64,000 nt of DNA from Candidatus Bathyarchaeota archaeon (GCA_963775685.1 CAVZJV010000014.1:2336001-2400000); one strand, 5' to 3'. Shown: positions 41,048 to 51,939, numbered from the stretch's first letter. Numbers and translations: made by a program. The notes: a model not told the origin generated them from the letters alone.

Positions 41048-42618
41048 ACTTGCTTCAAAAAACCGGCAAAAAATCTAAGGGCTTTGGCTTGTTCGATATC
41101 GTAATGGCTGGTCTTAGCGGCGCTATCGGTTTTGAAATCTTTGTGCTCCTCAACTACGCCTACTTCCACTTAGCGGGACCCGATATGCTTATCGCGTTAG
41201 CTCTTGGTGGCGTTATAAACTTTCTAATAATGCTTAGTTATTGTGAATTAGCCACTGCCATGCCCAAAGTTGGAGGCGAATACACCTATATTAAAACCGC
41301 GTACGGAGGCTACATCAGCTTCATTTTCGGGTCTTTCAGGTGGCTTGCTAGCATATTTGCTGCCGCTCTTGCAGCGGTCGCTTTCGTTTTGCAGTTTTCA
41401 TATCTTTTCTCAGCCATTTCACCTCAAATTCAAACTGGTATTCTAAACCAAGGTTGGTTAATTGCTCTTGTTCTGGTCTTTGTTATGGGTCTTTTTGAGG
41501 TTAGAGGTGTTAGGCAAGTTGGAAACATCATCGTAATTGCTTTTATCTTATTGTTTTTGGGCTTTATCATCGGTGGGTTTGTTCAGGGAATCGGTTCGGT
41601 GAACCTTCCAACTGCCTCCTTGCCGACAGGAGTCTCGGGAATCTTTGCAGCCGTAGTTTATGTTTTTCCAATGTTTATAGGCACTCGCGCCATAGTTGCT
41701 GCCGCTTCCGAATCTAGAAGACCTGACAAAGACATATCCCGTGGACTAATAATATCTGCATTGATAATAATTCCCATTTACATTCTTCTTGCATTAGTTG
41801 CTGTTGCCACGGTAACCCCTGCAGAGACACTTGAACAGGTTCCGCTTCTAAGCTTTGCTGCAGGTAGAGTGTTCGGCAGCTACGGTAGCATTATATTTTC
41901 CATAGCAGGCATGGCGGCTTGTCTTTCTGCCTTGGGAACTTCTCTATCTATTCAATCCAGCATATCCCGCGGCATGAGCCGAGATGGCTATTTTCCCAAA
42001 ATCCTTCTTTCAATCCATTCTAAATACGGAACCTTCCATGTCGCCGCCATCGTAGGCACCCTTTTCATTATGCTTCTTAGCACTTTGGGTGCTGTGCCTT
42101 TTCTAGGTTACGCTGCAAGCTTTGGTTCCTTGTTGGTCTTTGCTGTTGTCAACCTTTCTCTCATACGATTGAGAAAAACAAAGCCCTATATGGATCGGCC
42201 CTTCAAGACGCCTCTGTATCCTTTTACACCCGCTTTAGGTGTAATTCTTTCAGTGGCTCTGTTGTTTATTCCCGTATTGATCGGAGATGGAAATGCAATT
42301 GATGCTTTAACCTCAAGCATCGGGCTTTCAGGAATAGTCTTTGCGAGTTATTATCTTAGGATGGCAGGCCGCTTCCGGGCGCAAATAGCTTTGGGAGGTA
42401 TAGGCATCGGTACAGGCATATTAATTGCAGTGTCTTCACTTCTTGCTCTTTCGGGCTCAGGCATCAACATCTTGCCCTTCATTCCCAGCTACATTCAGGT
42501 CTTCATAAGTGTCGTCTTTATAGTGACTGGATTTTTTAATCTCAAAGCAGGAGCCAAAAAAACGATGCCTAATCCAAAGGAAGCTGAGCAGCAGATTAAC
42601 TCGAAGATTACTGCATGA
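41044..42618 (+). CDS. APC-family amino acid permease
   Basis: YCELATAMPKVGGEY, SRDGYFP and RPFKTP motifs, 12-14 TM helices. Confidence 0.92.
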   Translation: MNLLQKTGKKSKGFGLFDIVMAGLSGAIGFEIFVLLNYAYFHLAGPDMLIALALGGVINFLIMLSYCELATAMPKVGGEYTYIKTAYGGYISFIFGSFRWLASIFAAALAAVAFVLQFSYLFSAISPQIQTGILNQGWLIALVLVFVMGLFEVRGVRQVGNIIVIAFILLFLGFIIGGFVQGIGSVNLPTASLPTGVSGIFAAVVYVFPMFIGTRAIVAAASESRRPDKDISRGLIISALIIIPIYILLALVAVATVTPAETLEQVPLLSFAAGRVFGSYGSIIFSIAGMAACLSALGTSLSIQSSISRGMSRDGYFPKILLSIHSKYGTFHVAAIVGTLFIMLLSTLGAVPFLGYAASFGSLLVFAVVNLSLIRLRKTKPYMDRPFKTPLYPFTPALGVILSVALLFIPVLIGDGNAIDALTSSIGLSGIVFASYYLRMAGRFRAQIALGGIGIGTGILIAVSSLLALSGSGINILPFIPSYIQVFISVVFIVTGFFNLKAGAKKTMPNPKEAEQQINSKITA

Positions 42619-44227
42619 GTGCTTGGTTAAACTCTGCGGACTCGCTTTCTGATAACCAGCCTTGCTCCTTTAACTTGGCCAGTCCGCTCCTAACTGTGTC
42701 CTGCGCTTTTTCTGTTTGCAGTACGTTAGCTTTCAAGCATGCTTCGGATATTTCATGGCTGAAAACTATGTTATCATCCATTAACCTGACGAAGCAGTTT
42801 AGGATTGAAATTATTTTCTTATCCTTTGGCTGAAAAAGTTGGGTGATTTTTGTTTTTCCTAAGGCTTTTAGTCGTGTGCCTAAACCGCCTTCATTCACGT
42901 CTGAGGGCGCCAAATAAGTGTAGCGGTTGGCGGATTTAGAGTGGTAACATGACAAATAAAAGGGCATGTATACTAAAGAGAGCTCTGTTCTTTTCTGCCT
43001 AATGCCCAAATTTTCAAACTCGAGCATTTTCTCTTCGCTGTTTTTTGCCATTTCATTAACTTTGCTGATGATGTTTGAAGTTAAATCTCCAATCTTCTCT
43101 ATCTCATTTTGAAAAACCTTGATTTGAGCATCTCGGGACGATTCAATTTCTAACAAATCCTTGCTGGCTTCTTTAATTTTAGCTTCATTGTCCTGCTTAA
43201 GTTGAAATAGAGCGGTTTTTTTCGCCTCTTCTTCCTGATCGATCAGCTTTTGCATTTCCTTTAGGTTGGAAATGATTTCTGGGCGCTGATCCTTTAACTC
43301 GTTACGTTTCCCTTTCCATTTTTGTTCTGCGGAATCGTCTTTATTTATTGCAGCTGTTTTTATTTCTGATTCAGCATGTTCTATTTCTGCATCCAACCGC
43401 TCTTTTTCCTTCTCAAACTTAACCGCATCTTTATGCAGAATTGTTATTTTCTGCTCGAACTTGCCTGAGACTTCCGTTACTTCATCTGAATATGCTTTGT
43501 TAATTTTAGAAACCTTGCTATCCAAGATGGCCTTGGCTTTTTGGATTTTAACACTAAATTCTTTTTCAACGGCTTTGGTTTCTTCGCGTATGTCAGATTC
43601 GGATTCAAGACTCTTTGAGTTCAAGAGCTTGATTACTTCCTTTAAGTCTGCTAACTCCTTTGAAAGTGTTAACCTCGTGTTTTCAATGTTTTGAAGCATT
43701 TTTAAAACGCCATCTTTAATCAAAGCAGGTGTGACAAGGACCGCTTCGGTCACGGGTAAATCCGTTGTTGTTGCATGTTTGGTGTATTTTAAGAATTCCA
43801 TGGTGAATTCTGCATCGTTCTGAAGGCCTTCTATAGAGAGTTTCTGTTCGTTATTTGAAGTTTGAAAATAGTTTTGAGTGTTGGAGAGAAATTCTGAGTG
43901 GACATGGCGGGTCATTTGTTGATCCCTCAGTTTTTCCATAAACGCCTTAAGATCCGGTAAGGTTGGGTAAGTTATGGAGTAAGAGGTTATGTTTAGGCCA
44001 TCTATAAGAAGCGTTAATTCTCTAAGTGGTGCTACCCAAAAAGGATAGAGGACTTTTGAGGTGAAAACCAGCTTTTCGGCATCTTGCTTCCTGAAGAAGC
44101 CTCCGCCCTTTTGCCTATCCAATTCTGCGATACAGAAAACTGCTGCTTTCTCAACATCACCGTTAAAGACTTCGTTTGCTTGAGATGTTGCAAAGGGTAA
44201 GATTGTTTTCTCAATTGGTTTTTGCAA
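42608..44227 (-). CDS. Long coiled-coil protein with globular N- and C-terminal domains
   Basis: About 230-aa E/K-rich heptad region flanked by LYPFWV and YMPFYL motifs. Confidence 0.8.
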   Translation of the reverse strand: MQKPIEKTILPFATSQANEVFNGDVEKAAVFCIAELDRQKGGGFFRKQDAEKLVFTSKVLYPFWVAPLRELTLLIDGLNITSYSITYPTLPDLKAFMEKLRDQQMTRHVHSEFLSNTQNYFQTSNNEQKLSIEGLQNDAEFTMEFLKYTKHATTTDLPVTEAVLVTPALIKDGVLKMLQNIENTRLTLSKELADLKEVIKLLNSKSLESESDIREETKAVEKEFSVKIQKAKAILDSKVSKINKAYSDEVTEVSGKFEQKITILHKDAVKFEKEKERLDAEIEHAESEIKTAAINKDDSAEQKWKGKRNELKDQRPEIISNLKEMQKLIDQEEEAKKTALFQLKQDNEAKIKEASKDLLEIESSRDAQIKVFQNEIEKIGDLTSNIISKVNEMAKNSEEKMLEFENLGIRQKRTELSLVYMPFYLSCYHSKSANRYTYLAPSDVNEGGLGTRLKALGKTKITQLFQPKDKKIISILNCFVRLMDDNIVFSHEISEACLKANVLQTEKAQDTVRSGLAKLKEQGWLSESESAEFNQALMQ

Positions 44228-44377
44228 AGCAACCGACCATAGTTAAATGGATATTTGTGGCGAGAGTCCATTTAAGATTTGCTACTATTTTGCTTTTTTC
44301 TGATTTGAAATGCCAAGACAAAGTTTAACATGCAGAGGGAGTGTAATTTCTATTGAGAGCACAAGGAGTCTACTTCC

Positions 44378-44713
44378 ATGTCGTCAGATGAAGAGAACAA
44401 GGAAATAACGGTTAAAGCTCCTTCAAAACCAGTTGACTCTTCTGAGAAAAAGGCTGAAGAGATCGCTGAAAAGTCCTTAGAGGAAGAAAGGTTTAATGTG
44501 CTTGAATTTCCTAAGAAAATTGGGAAGTACGTGGGTTTGGTTGTTGCGGTTACAGGTGTTTTACTTCTTTTTCTTTTCGTTTACATGAGTGCAACAGGTC
44601 AAACAGGCGGTATACTTTTATCCTCTGGAAGCGGTTGGTTAAGTTTTGTGGTTTGGGGATTTGTGGGGTTACTCAATGTCTTTATCGGTTTTCTTTTTCT
44701 GGGACGCGAATAG
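44378..44713 (+). CDS. Small membrane protein
   Basis: Charged N-terminus, 2 TM helices, SD-like AAGGAG upstream. Confidence 0.7.
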   Translation: MSSDEENKEITVKAPSKPVDSSEKKAEEIAEKSLEEERFNVLEFPKKIGKYVGLVVAVTGVLLLFLFVYMSATGQTGGILLSSGSGWLSFVVWGFVGLLNVFIGFLFLGRE

Positions 44714-44950
44714 GTCTTTTAGTCTTTTTTCCCTAAAGACCAAAAGGATGCCGCAGAACACGTCCAAAAATCCCAGAAATGCCACTGCCCCTATCATAAC
44801 TCCGCTTTGGAATATATTTTTCATGTCTGCGGCGCCAGTGGATGTTAATATTACGATGACTAGAATGATGAATCCTGTGAAAGAAACGAATCCTCCTAAG
44901 GCGGTTTTCAACCGTTTATTGGTTGATAGGGTTGACAAGGCTTTAACCAA
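44669..44950 (-). CDS. Small membrane protein
   Basis: 2 TM helices; convergent overlap with the previous gene. Confidence 0.55.
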   Translation of the reverse strand: MVKALSTLSTNKRLKTALGGFVSFTGFIILVIVILTSTGAADMKNIFQSGVMIGAVAFLGFLDVFCGILLVFREKRLKDLFASQKKKTDKDIE

Positions 44951-45807
44951 TTCTAGATTGCAGACTTGCTAGAACATAACTTTTTTGCTAAAGTTCTTCT
45001 AAATCAAGGTGAATGTATCTGAATAGAACGTTGGTTATTTGGAATAGAACAACATATTGTAGCCTTATACGCTATCGTTTGTGACTGAGGTTTGTTGTTT
45101 TTCGTTGTCTATATAGAAGGCAAGTAGTAAACTGACTTCCGATGAATTTGTGAACTATTTAGTGTGTGAACTGATCTGTTCTGCGACAATTTTTTGTTGT
45201 GTTAAGAGAACAACAACACTTGAATTTGCTATGCTGAAAGCTTATTTTTGGGGTGGTTCTTTAATTTAGGGGTTGTGGTGTTTGCAGGTTGCGTCTGGAA
45301 ACGTCACAAAACGTCATGAAAAGTCAACGGATCATGGGAGAAGAACAACAATGCCGTTAACTGAACAAGTAAAATGGTGTTGGTTGATTGTTATAACTCT
45401 TCTTAGAGAGCGGGTTGTGTCAATAACAGCAACAACTTCTATTCTTTGCAGTCGATTGAGTCAATTTTATTTTGCCGAGGCTCAGGGACTGATTATCAAA
45501 TAGGTATAATTTGAGAGTTTTTTGCATACGCTTTTTCTATTATTTTTTTCCAGACCCTGCAAAACTTTCTTTATGAATCCCGAGCTTGTCTATTTTTATC
45601 TAGTTGGTTACCGTTTATCTTTTTTAACGTGGTCTTATGGGGATTTGAACTCTGAGGTTTTCTCTTTCCCAAGGGAACTGCTGATAAGAGAAAAATTTTT
45701 TTACCGTTTTACTTTCGGTTTTCCATTAATAGATAATTGGTTCTTTATGGTTTGAAGTTTGGAAGGAGGATGATTTGAGAGTGTATTAGGGTTTAACTAT
45801 TCTTTGG

Positions 45808-46140
45808 TTAGAACCCATGTTTAATTATTGATGGGGTAACTGGGTGCTTATTTTCTTTGGCTTTCTTTTCATGCTTGAACCTGTTGATTTTGACGACGTT
45901 ATTTTCTGCAGAAGCCCCGTATTTGTTGCTGAGATTTTTGTGGCGGATAAACTTTGTTACCATTATTATCAACGAGTAAGTCGGAACATCATCTATGTTT
46001 AACTCCAAGCCTTCAGAGGTTATCTTTGAAGCCAACTTGAATTGGCTACCCAAAAAATCTGCAAGTTTCTCTTTTTCAGATTCTAAATCTGGCATGTAAA
46101 CTTTTACAACATTCTTACGTTTAAACAGCAAAACTTTCAC
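45808..46140 (-). CDS. Ribosomal protein eL22-like protein (divergent)
   Basis: EKLADFL..L..MVTKFIRHKNLSNKY..NNVVKI pattern resembles eL22 (FEQFL..LTKKYLKKNNLRDW). Confidence 0.5.
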   Translation of the reverse strand: MKVLLFKRKNVVKVYMPDLESEKEKLADFLGSQFKLASKITSEGLELNIDDVPTYSLIIMVTKFIRHKNLSNKYGASAENNVVKINRFKHEKKAKENKHPVTPSIIKHGF

Positions 46141-46452
46141 TCTAATTGTATTATATAACCTTGTTCTGCCTAAAAAAACCTTCTATGTGACCGCAAGAAC
46201 TGCTTTAAGATCATTGATTAATCGTAATCATTGGTTGGTCAAATGCTCCAGACTTGGAGACCCATCCTTGATGAACAATGGGTAGTAGAACTGGGAATGG
46301 CCCGTGTGTAATGGTAAATAGGCCGTTTGAGTTTGCTTAGCTTTATAGTTATTATCTGATTCAACATAGGTGAACCCCATTTTTCTAAAAAAGGGGTGAT
46401 TTGTCTTCTCGAAAGACTTGTATGGGTCAATTAAGTTTGGTTTCTTATTTGG

Positions 46453-46587
46453 TCATCTCCTTGTTGGGTTTTGGTTAAGAGCATTTTCTTTGATGAATTT
46501 TCGGTATTTTGTATTATAATAGATAAAGCCTGCTGTTAACGAGCCTGTGAATAGTGCAAATAGGATTATACTTGTTTCTGCGAACAT
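46453..46587 (-). CDS. 44-aa single-TM micropeptide
   Basis: MFAETSIILFALFTGSLTAGFIYYNTKYRKFIKENALNQNPTRR; purine-rich upstream; not in the ORF track. Confidence 0.45.
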   Translation of the reverse strand: MFAETSIILFALFTGSLTAGFIYYNTKYRKFIKENALNQNPTRR

Positions 46588-47052
46588 TTTTCTCGCCTAC
46601 ACATGTGAAAAGTACAGGATTTCTTTAGGATTGATTTTCTTAAGGGATGTTTTTTCCATTATTACACCACAGTTTTTTGATATTGATTAATCAATAAATT
46701 GATATAAAGGTGTTTGAGATTTGTTCATAATTATTATGAAAAATTAGGTATATTGCATATTTGGTGGTTATTATAGTGAATTAACGTTAAGGTGTTCTAT
46801 TAAACAGTTGTCATTTGTCAAATTGCGTTAAGGTGGTTTAAAGCTTATGTTCCAGATCCTTTTTGTGAAAAACTTTAGCCTATGTAGTGAGGCGGAGTGT
46901 AAATAGGTCAAAGCTTTTCAAAATGTATATGCGTTATCGAAGCATCTCTTGTTTAGCTAATCAACAAGGCTTGTTAAAAAAATAAAGTGGCTTTCATCAG
47001 TTGGCCTTTGCAACGGATTCGTGAACGATTTTGGATCGCGTGTTTATTGCAA

Positions 47053-47382
47053 CTATTGTGCGAGCTTTGAGAGGCAATTCGACCGTTGAGGGCGCAATGG
47101 TGTTGTTTGTCTTCGCGGGTCTTCTATTATGGGTAGTGCTTGTGTTAGTTCTCGGAAATACTTCAGCACAATTATTCCACGCTGGGTAATTGCGAAAACT
47201 ATGCGTTCCTTTTCGACAATTCGTTTTTCGATTAACTCTTGTTTGATTAGAAAGTCTATGTGTTCATTGAGTATGTTGCAGTTGATATTGGCTTTGTACA
47301 TGATATGTGTCAATTTTAATGGTCCTCTCTGACCCAAAACGTTGAGGACATCGATGTGCATCTCTAGTTTTGATCGTCTCAT
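47053..47382 (-). CDS. Winged helix-turn-helix transcriptional regulator (archaeal HTH_45/ArnR1-like)
   Basis: MRRSKLEMHIDVL..LTHIMYKANIN..ITQRG signature. Confidence 0.88.
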   Translation of the reverse strand: MRRSKLEMHIDVLNVLGQRGPLKLTHIMYKANINCNILNEHIDFLIKQELIEKRIVEKERIVFAITQRGIIVLKYFRELTQALPIIEDPRRQTTPLRPQRSNCLSKLAQ

Positions 47383-47655
47383 CTTTGAGCACCTTTCCAT
47401 CTTAATCACTTGTATATATCTACATGTTATGAAAAAGAATGCTATAAGCTTTGCTATTTTACTCTTGTTTAATTCAAGCAATTTTGCTTTTTATTAGCAA
47501 AATAAATATTTATATTAAAAAATGCATTTAATACGATATAAATAAAGTAAAATTTGTATTATCTCTAACATGATTGTGATTGTGCCGCGCCTACTACAAT
47601 ATTTAATATATTATTCAAAGGAATCATAGATTCTCTTGGCTCAAGGGGGCGGGAA

Positions 47656-47919
47656 ATGGGTATGACAAAAAACAACATTCAAAAAAGCAACTTCATTTTG
47701 AGTAAAGGGCGGACCGACAATTTTGTTGTACATAAAACGAACATGCCAATTATCAAGTGCGCATGCGGCTTCAAAATTTTGGTTGTACCCGATTTGAAGG
47801 CCATGAACTGCGCGATAAAAAATCATGTAGCTCAGCACAATAAATCGTCCTCAGAAAGGTTGACGGATTTCTTAACAGAGCAGGTTCTAATTGTGACAAG
47901 CAAAATAAATTTTGCTTAA
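47656..47919 (+). CDS. Small CxC..HxxxH zinc-finger-like protein
   Basis: IKCACGFKILVVPDLKAMNCAIKNHVAQH; divergent from the wHTH gene. Confidence 0.65.
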   Translation: MGMTKNNIQKSNFILSKGRTDNFVVHKTNMPIIKCACGFKILVVPDLKAMNCAIKNHVAQHNKSSSERLTDFLTEQVLIVTSKINFA

Positions 47920-48373
47920 ACATACAAACAAGGTCTTCCAAAATCTGAGTTAATAGTGAAAAATCCTTCTCGTTTCGGCTAATTATCAGAACCTAAAAAG
48001 AAATAAATAGAATAATAATCATGTCGGTTGTTCCTGTTCCGCATTTTTGAGGCCGGTCTTTGATTGAAGGAATTCAGAATTTTTTATGCGTTAAAACAAA
48101 GACATGTACGTTCATTATTGCAAAGCCAATCATCCACAAGACTATGGCGTAAAACATTAAATTGAAATATGCGGGTACACAGCCTAAACTAAGAAATATG
48201 AGCGCTGAAAAGCCTAAGGTTTTTTGTTTGATGTCCAAATCACTTCGATAGTCTGCTTGCTTTTCAGCGAAAATAAGTTTTATGAATTTAAAATATTGAT
48301 ATTAAATATAATAGCTGCTGGGTTTGCTTAAATGACTTTTATGGTCTTTGCCTAGAATTTAAGTTAAATGCGT

Positions 48374-48690
48374 TTAGCAGAAAATATTTTCAAAATTTCT
48401 ATAGGCTATAACATATAAGCAAGCTGGCCGTTCGCGAGAAAAGGTTACCTGGTTTTTTTGATGCCTTCTATAAAAGAAAAATAAAGAGATAACCCCAACC
48501 ACAATTGTCATAAACAGCAATATTAGCGGTATAGTGATGGAAATACCAGTTGGTGAAGACAATACAGTCGGTGCCTTAACAGAAATAACAACCGGTTGGG
48601 TAAGCGGATGTTTGTCAACATTATTTTGGTCAATTAGGAATGTTCCTTTTCCACAATAGTCGTCCAATAGTCATAATTGAAGCGAGAAGT
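48374..48690 (-). pseudogene. C-terminal remnant of a beta-helix (NosD-like) surface protein
   Basis: YW.DY.GKGTFLIDQNNVDKHPL motif followed by a TM and RRHQK; no intact N-terminus. Confidence 0.55.
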
Positions 48691-48959
48691 ATTGAAACTA
48701 CTATGTTTGCGATTATCAACTTCTTACGATTGTCCAACCTTTGACACTTAATAGTAAAATAAATATCCTTCACTAAAGATATCTTGACTCGATTAAGTCA
48801 AGGTTTGTAGATGATTCTTTATTGGATTAATGTACAAATAATGTTCTTTATGTTATCTCTAGCAAACCCGTCTTTAATCGTGCTCCGTCGACAAAACTAT
48901 TGATGGCTCAAACTTCTGAGCGTTAAGTTCATTATGAAATGTCCTGCGAGATAATGGTC

Positions 48960-49899
48960 AAAGTTCATAATCGGTTTTCCACACTATTAGAAATGAAGGC
49001 ATCAGGTAATGCTTTAGCTATGGCAAAACTTCCTCTTCAACCTGTGCAATGTGATGGGATTATCCGCCCAGAGTTTATGTATTTTAATTTTCAACCGTCT
49101 GGTCAATTCTATTTTCGTTCTCTTTTCCAGCAAAGTGAAAGCCACTTATTACTGCGTAGACCTCTCTGTTTTCAGTAATCTTCCGGGCATAATGAATGGT
49201 GTTGATTATGCCTGCATGGGCGCGCCCTGAGATGATTATCAAGCCTTTGCCTCTAATCCAGATTACGAGAGCACGATCATCCAAAATCAGGTCAGATTTC
49301 CATGATCCATCTGCGTAGGCGCAATGCTTTGAATATCCTTTTTCGAAGTTGTTGATGCGTGGTATCTCTCCTGTGATAAGTGCCATACCATCTGCAATGA
49401 GAATGGGTTGTTCCGTTTGGACAAGGTTTGCTCCCTCTATGTTCTCTCTCAAAGGAGAGTTCGGATAACTTTCACTTCGCAATCTTGGTTCGAGGTTCCT
49501 CTGACCTTGAACATGTCTGAGCACAATAATCGGAGTATTCTTCTTGTTAATTGGTTTTAAATGCGGCAAGGAGCTCCCGATATGGTCCCAATGACCATGA
49601 GACAATACGATAAAGTCTACTTCCCTTAATTTTAGGTCCAGGTGAGCAACGTTTTTAAATATGCTTGTGGGATTGAGCCGGTGGCAAATAGTATTTGGAT
49701 TTTTCTTTCATTTTGGGTAGTAATTAGCATTGAAAACCCATTGTCAGCAAAAAGAAGAGTTGAACCTTTTTTTTGCCAATTGTCTCAGAGATTGCAAGCT
49801 TTCTTTATTGGGGCTGGAAAGCAAATCTGCAGAGTTATCAACTAAGCTGATTAGTTGCACGTTATCGACGGGCTTTATTGCAATTTTTTGGCTAACCAT
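48960..49899 (-). pseudogene. MBL-fold metallo-hydrolase (MJ0301/Tflp-like), multiply disrupted
   Basis: ISLVDN, SHGHWDHIG, SGRAHAGIIN, GFH and PSHCTG*RG motifs with frameshifts and a TGG->TGA nonsense change. Confidence 0.85.
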
Positions 49900-50060
49900 G
49901 GTTTTACATGACCGTTTTCCTAGCGGGGGTTATTCAATGGGCACCCATTGCATTTATTAGTTGAGAATTGATTGCAAGAATTACAATCGACGCCACAACT
50001 CTTTGTAGTCATATTCTTGTTTTGTGTTTTTTTAGGCAGCTTACTCTCTAAATGTTGTCG

Positions 50061-50090
50061 GTTTTTTCTTATGATTAGAAACTATAATAA
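50061..50090 (+). repeat. Dispersed intergenic repeat, copy GTTTTTTCTTATGATTAGAAAC
   Basis: Matches the copies at 51233 and 51965. Confidence 0.6.
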
Positions 50091-50189
50091 ACAAACATGA
50101 TTCAAGCGGCTTGTTGTTATGGCGCCCAATCCTTAGAAGATCTTTCAAACCAATAATCATAAAAGCATAACTCGCCTTCAAGGGGTTAT

Positions 50190-50657
50190 ATGCAGTTAGC
50201 TAGAGACAGCGGGAGAATCACGGCCGCCTATTCGGTTGAGACGGTTTGCCCTTGGTGCAAGATAAGCAAACTAAGGTACAATTTGGAGTTCCAAGTAGCA
50301 ACGATCGAAAAGGGGCAAATCATTGACTCGAGCCATTTAATCAAAAATGTATGTTCACACTGTTTGACGGTCTGCGAAGAACCGCCCTCGATGGATTTCT
50401 TGTGTGCCAAATGTGGTCAACTCACGCTTTACACTCAAGAAGACCCCAGCCTAATCGAACAGAGCCTTTTCAAGAAGCTATTTTTAGGCACCGGATTCGC
50501 TGATTTCTATGAACAGCTGCTTTTAGGAGGGCAAAAGGAGGGCAAGCGGTTCTGCCTACCTTGCATGTACAAGATTTGGCAGAAGTTTCTGAAATGTCCT
50601 GCTTCGTTGCAAGAAGAGTTGGAAAAGCCAAAACCCGAATATGCTCTGAAGACATAA
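50190..50657 (+). CDS. Multi-CxxC zinc-binding protein
   Basis: CPWC, CSHC, CAKC and CLPC motifs in 155 aa. Confidence 0.6.
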   Translation: MQLARDSGRITAAYSVETVCPWCKISKLRYNLEFQVATIEKGQIIDSSHLIKNVCSHCLTVCEEPPSMDFLCAKCGQLTLYTQEDPSLIEQSLFKKLFLGTGFADFYEQLLLGGQKEGKRFCLPCMYKIWQKFLKCPASLQEELEKPKPEYALKT

Positions 50658-50833
50658 TCGCCCAAAATCTTCAATTTTCTAAGGGTATAGAGTAATGTCT
50701 TTATGGTTTAAGCTAATCATCAGAATTTATAAAATAGAATAGTTATTTTTGGATTTGAAGTATCCTGTAGCGTCTAATCCGTGGAAAGCCTTTAGGGTAA
50801 CACATCAACAAAAATGTTGGATGTGTGGCTTTG

Positions 50834-51121
50834 TTAGGGCTTTGCGAGAGTTATTTCCATCGTGGAAACCATTCTGGATCTGTTCTCGCCTTCTCTTGGT
50901 GGCATTTCTACGGTGCCGATTGCTATGTTTGTCACTTTGAGGTCTTTTATGAAGCGGTTTCTTGCGATTTCTGCGCAGTCAACTGCGGTTGTGATCGCTT
51001 GGCCTCGAGCTTTTAGGGTTATTTCCTTTTGAGCTCCAGAGAACGCGGTTATGATGGCAAGTACATAGCTCATTGGTGGTTTATTTCCGACGAAAATTAC
51101 GTCATTAGATTTTTCAGTCAT
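50834..51121 (-). CDS. albA: DNA/RNA-binding protein Alba
   Basis: FVGNKPPMSYVLA, LKARGQAITTAVD and VSTMEI motifs. Confidence 0.96.
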   Translation of the reverse strand: MTEKSNDVIFVGNKPPMSYVLAIITAFSGAQKEITLKARGQAITTAVDCAEIARNRFIKDLKVTNIAIGTVEMPPREGENRSRMVSTMEITLAKP

Positions 51122-51212
51122 ATTCTTTTCACTCTGAATTTTAATGGTAGCATCAATTAAATAGTTACCGCCGATTCAGTAACGGTTACCAAGACATTAC
51201 AAAATTTTGGGG

Positions 51213-51270
51213 GTATGGTAGGAAAAACCCGAGTTTTTTCTTATGATCAGAACCAATAAAATACAAATAA
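51213..51270 (+). repeat. Dispersed intergenic repeat, long copy
   Basis: GTATGGTAGGAAAAA..GTTTTTTCTTATGATCAGAAC..AATAAAA, a direct repeat of 51940-52005. Confidence 0.7.
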
Positions 51271-51383
51271 TTTTTTTGGAGTTGACTTATTCTATATGTG
51301 TCAATCCGTAAAAAGGTCTTTTGCCTCGATTACCCATTCAGTCCTTTACATAGCCAATAAGAAATAAAAAAAGCTCGACACAG

Positions 51384-51788
51384 TTACTTTTTAGCATAGA
51401 CTTTAAAAGTGTATTCGCCTGTTGCCATATTGTAGGTAGCTTCTGACCAGCCCTTGATCGTGTTGATGTATGCCAGCTTTTGAGAAGGCGTCTGAAATAT
51501 CAGGGTTCCCTCAATCTTTCCGATTGGAGTGGGGTCTACGAGTTTTCCGTCTGCTTTTCCTGCTACGAAGATAGGCTCGCCGTTGCTGAAGATGATTGAC
51601 TTTAGATCAAGTTCGCTTGTTCCTCCCGGCTTCATGAGAATGTTGTGTGTAGACATGATTTGTCCTGTTATCTTGCCGTTGACTTTTCAGGCGACAGTGA
51701 TGTCGAGTCTTACGCCTTCTGAACTGAATTCCTTAATATTGACTGAACTGGTGTTCTCTTTTCCTTCAAAAAGTAGTTCTCTTTCCAA
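51384..51788 (-). pseudogene. Beta-barrel hypothetical protein with an in-frame TGA at 51687-51689
   Basis: One frame from TTG 51788 to stop 51384, interrupted by a single TGA in DITVA*KVNG. Confidence 0.65.
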
Positions 51789-51939
51789 AAGTAGTTTCAG
51801 CGTAGATTGTAGGCTGAACCAGCCAAGTTAAGCGTTTGTGATTGTTGTTTGACACTTACAAAAGTAATTTGTCCTTGCTATCTTACGCCTAAACAATTAG
51901 GCTGTATCTGCGCATTCAGAAGGCCCTCAAGTTTTAAGA

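Noticed and set aside
48939-49960. Plus-strand ORFs 48939-49178, 49642-49845 and 49730-49960
   Set aside because: Antisense shadows of the MBL-fold pseudogene
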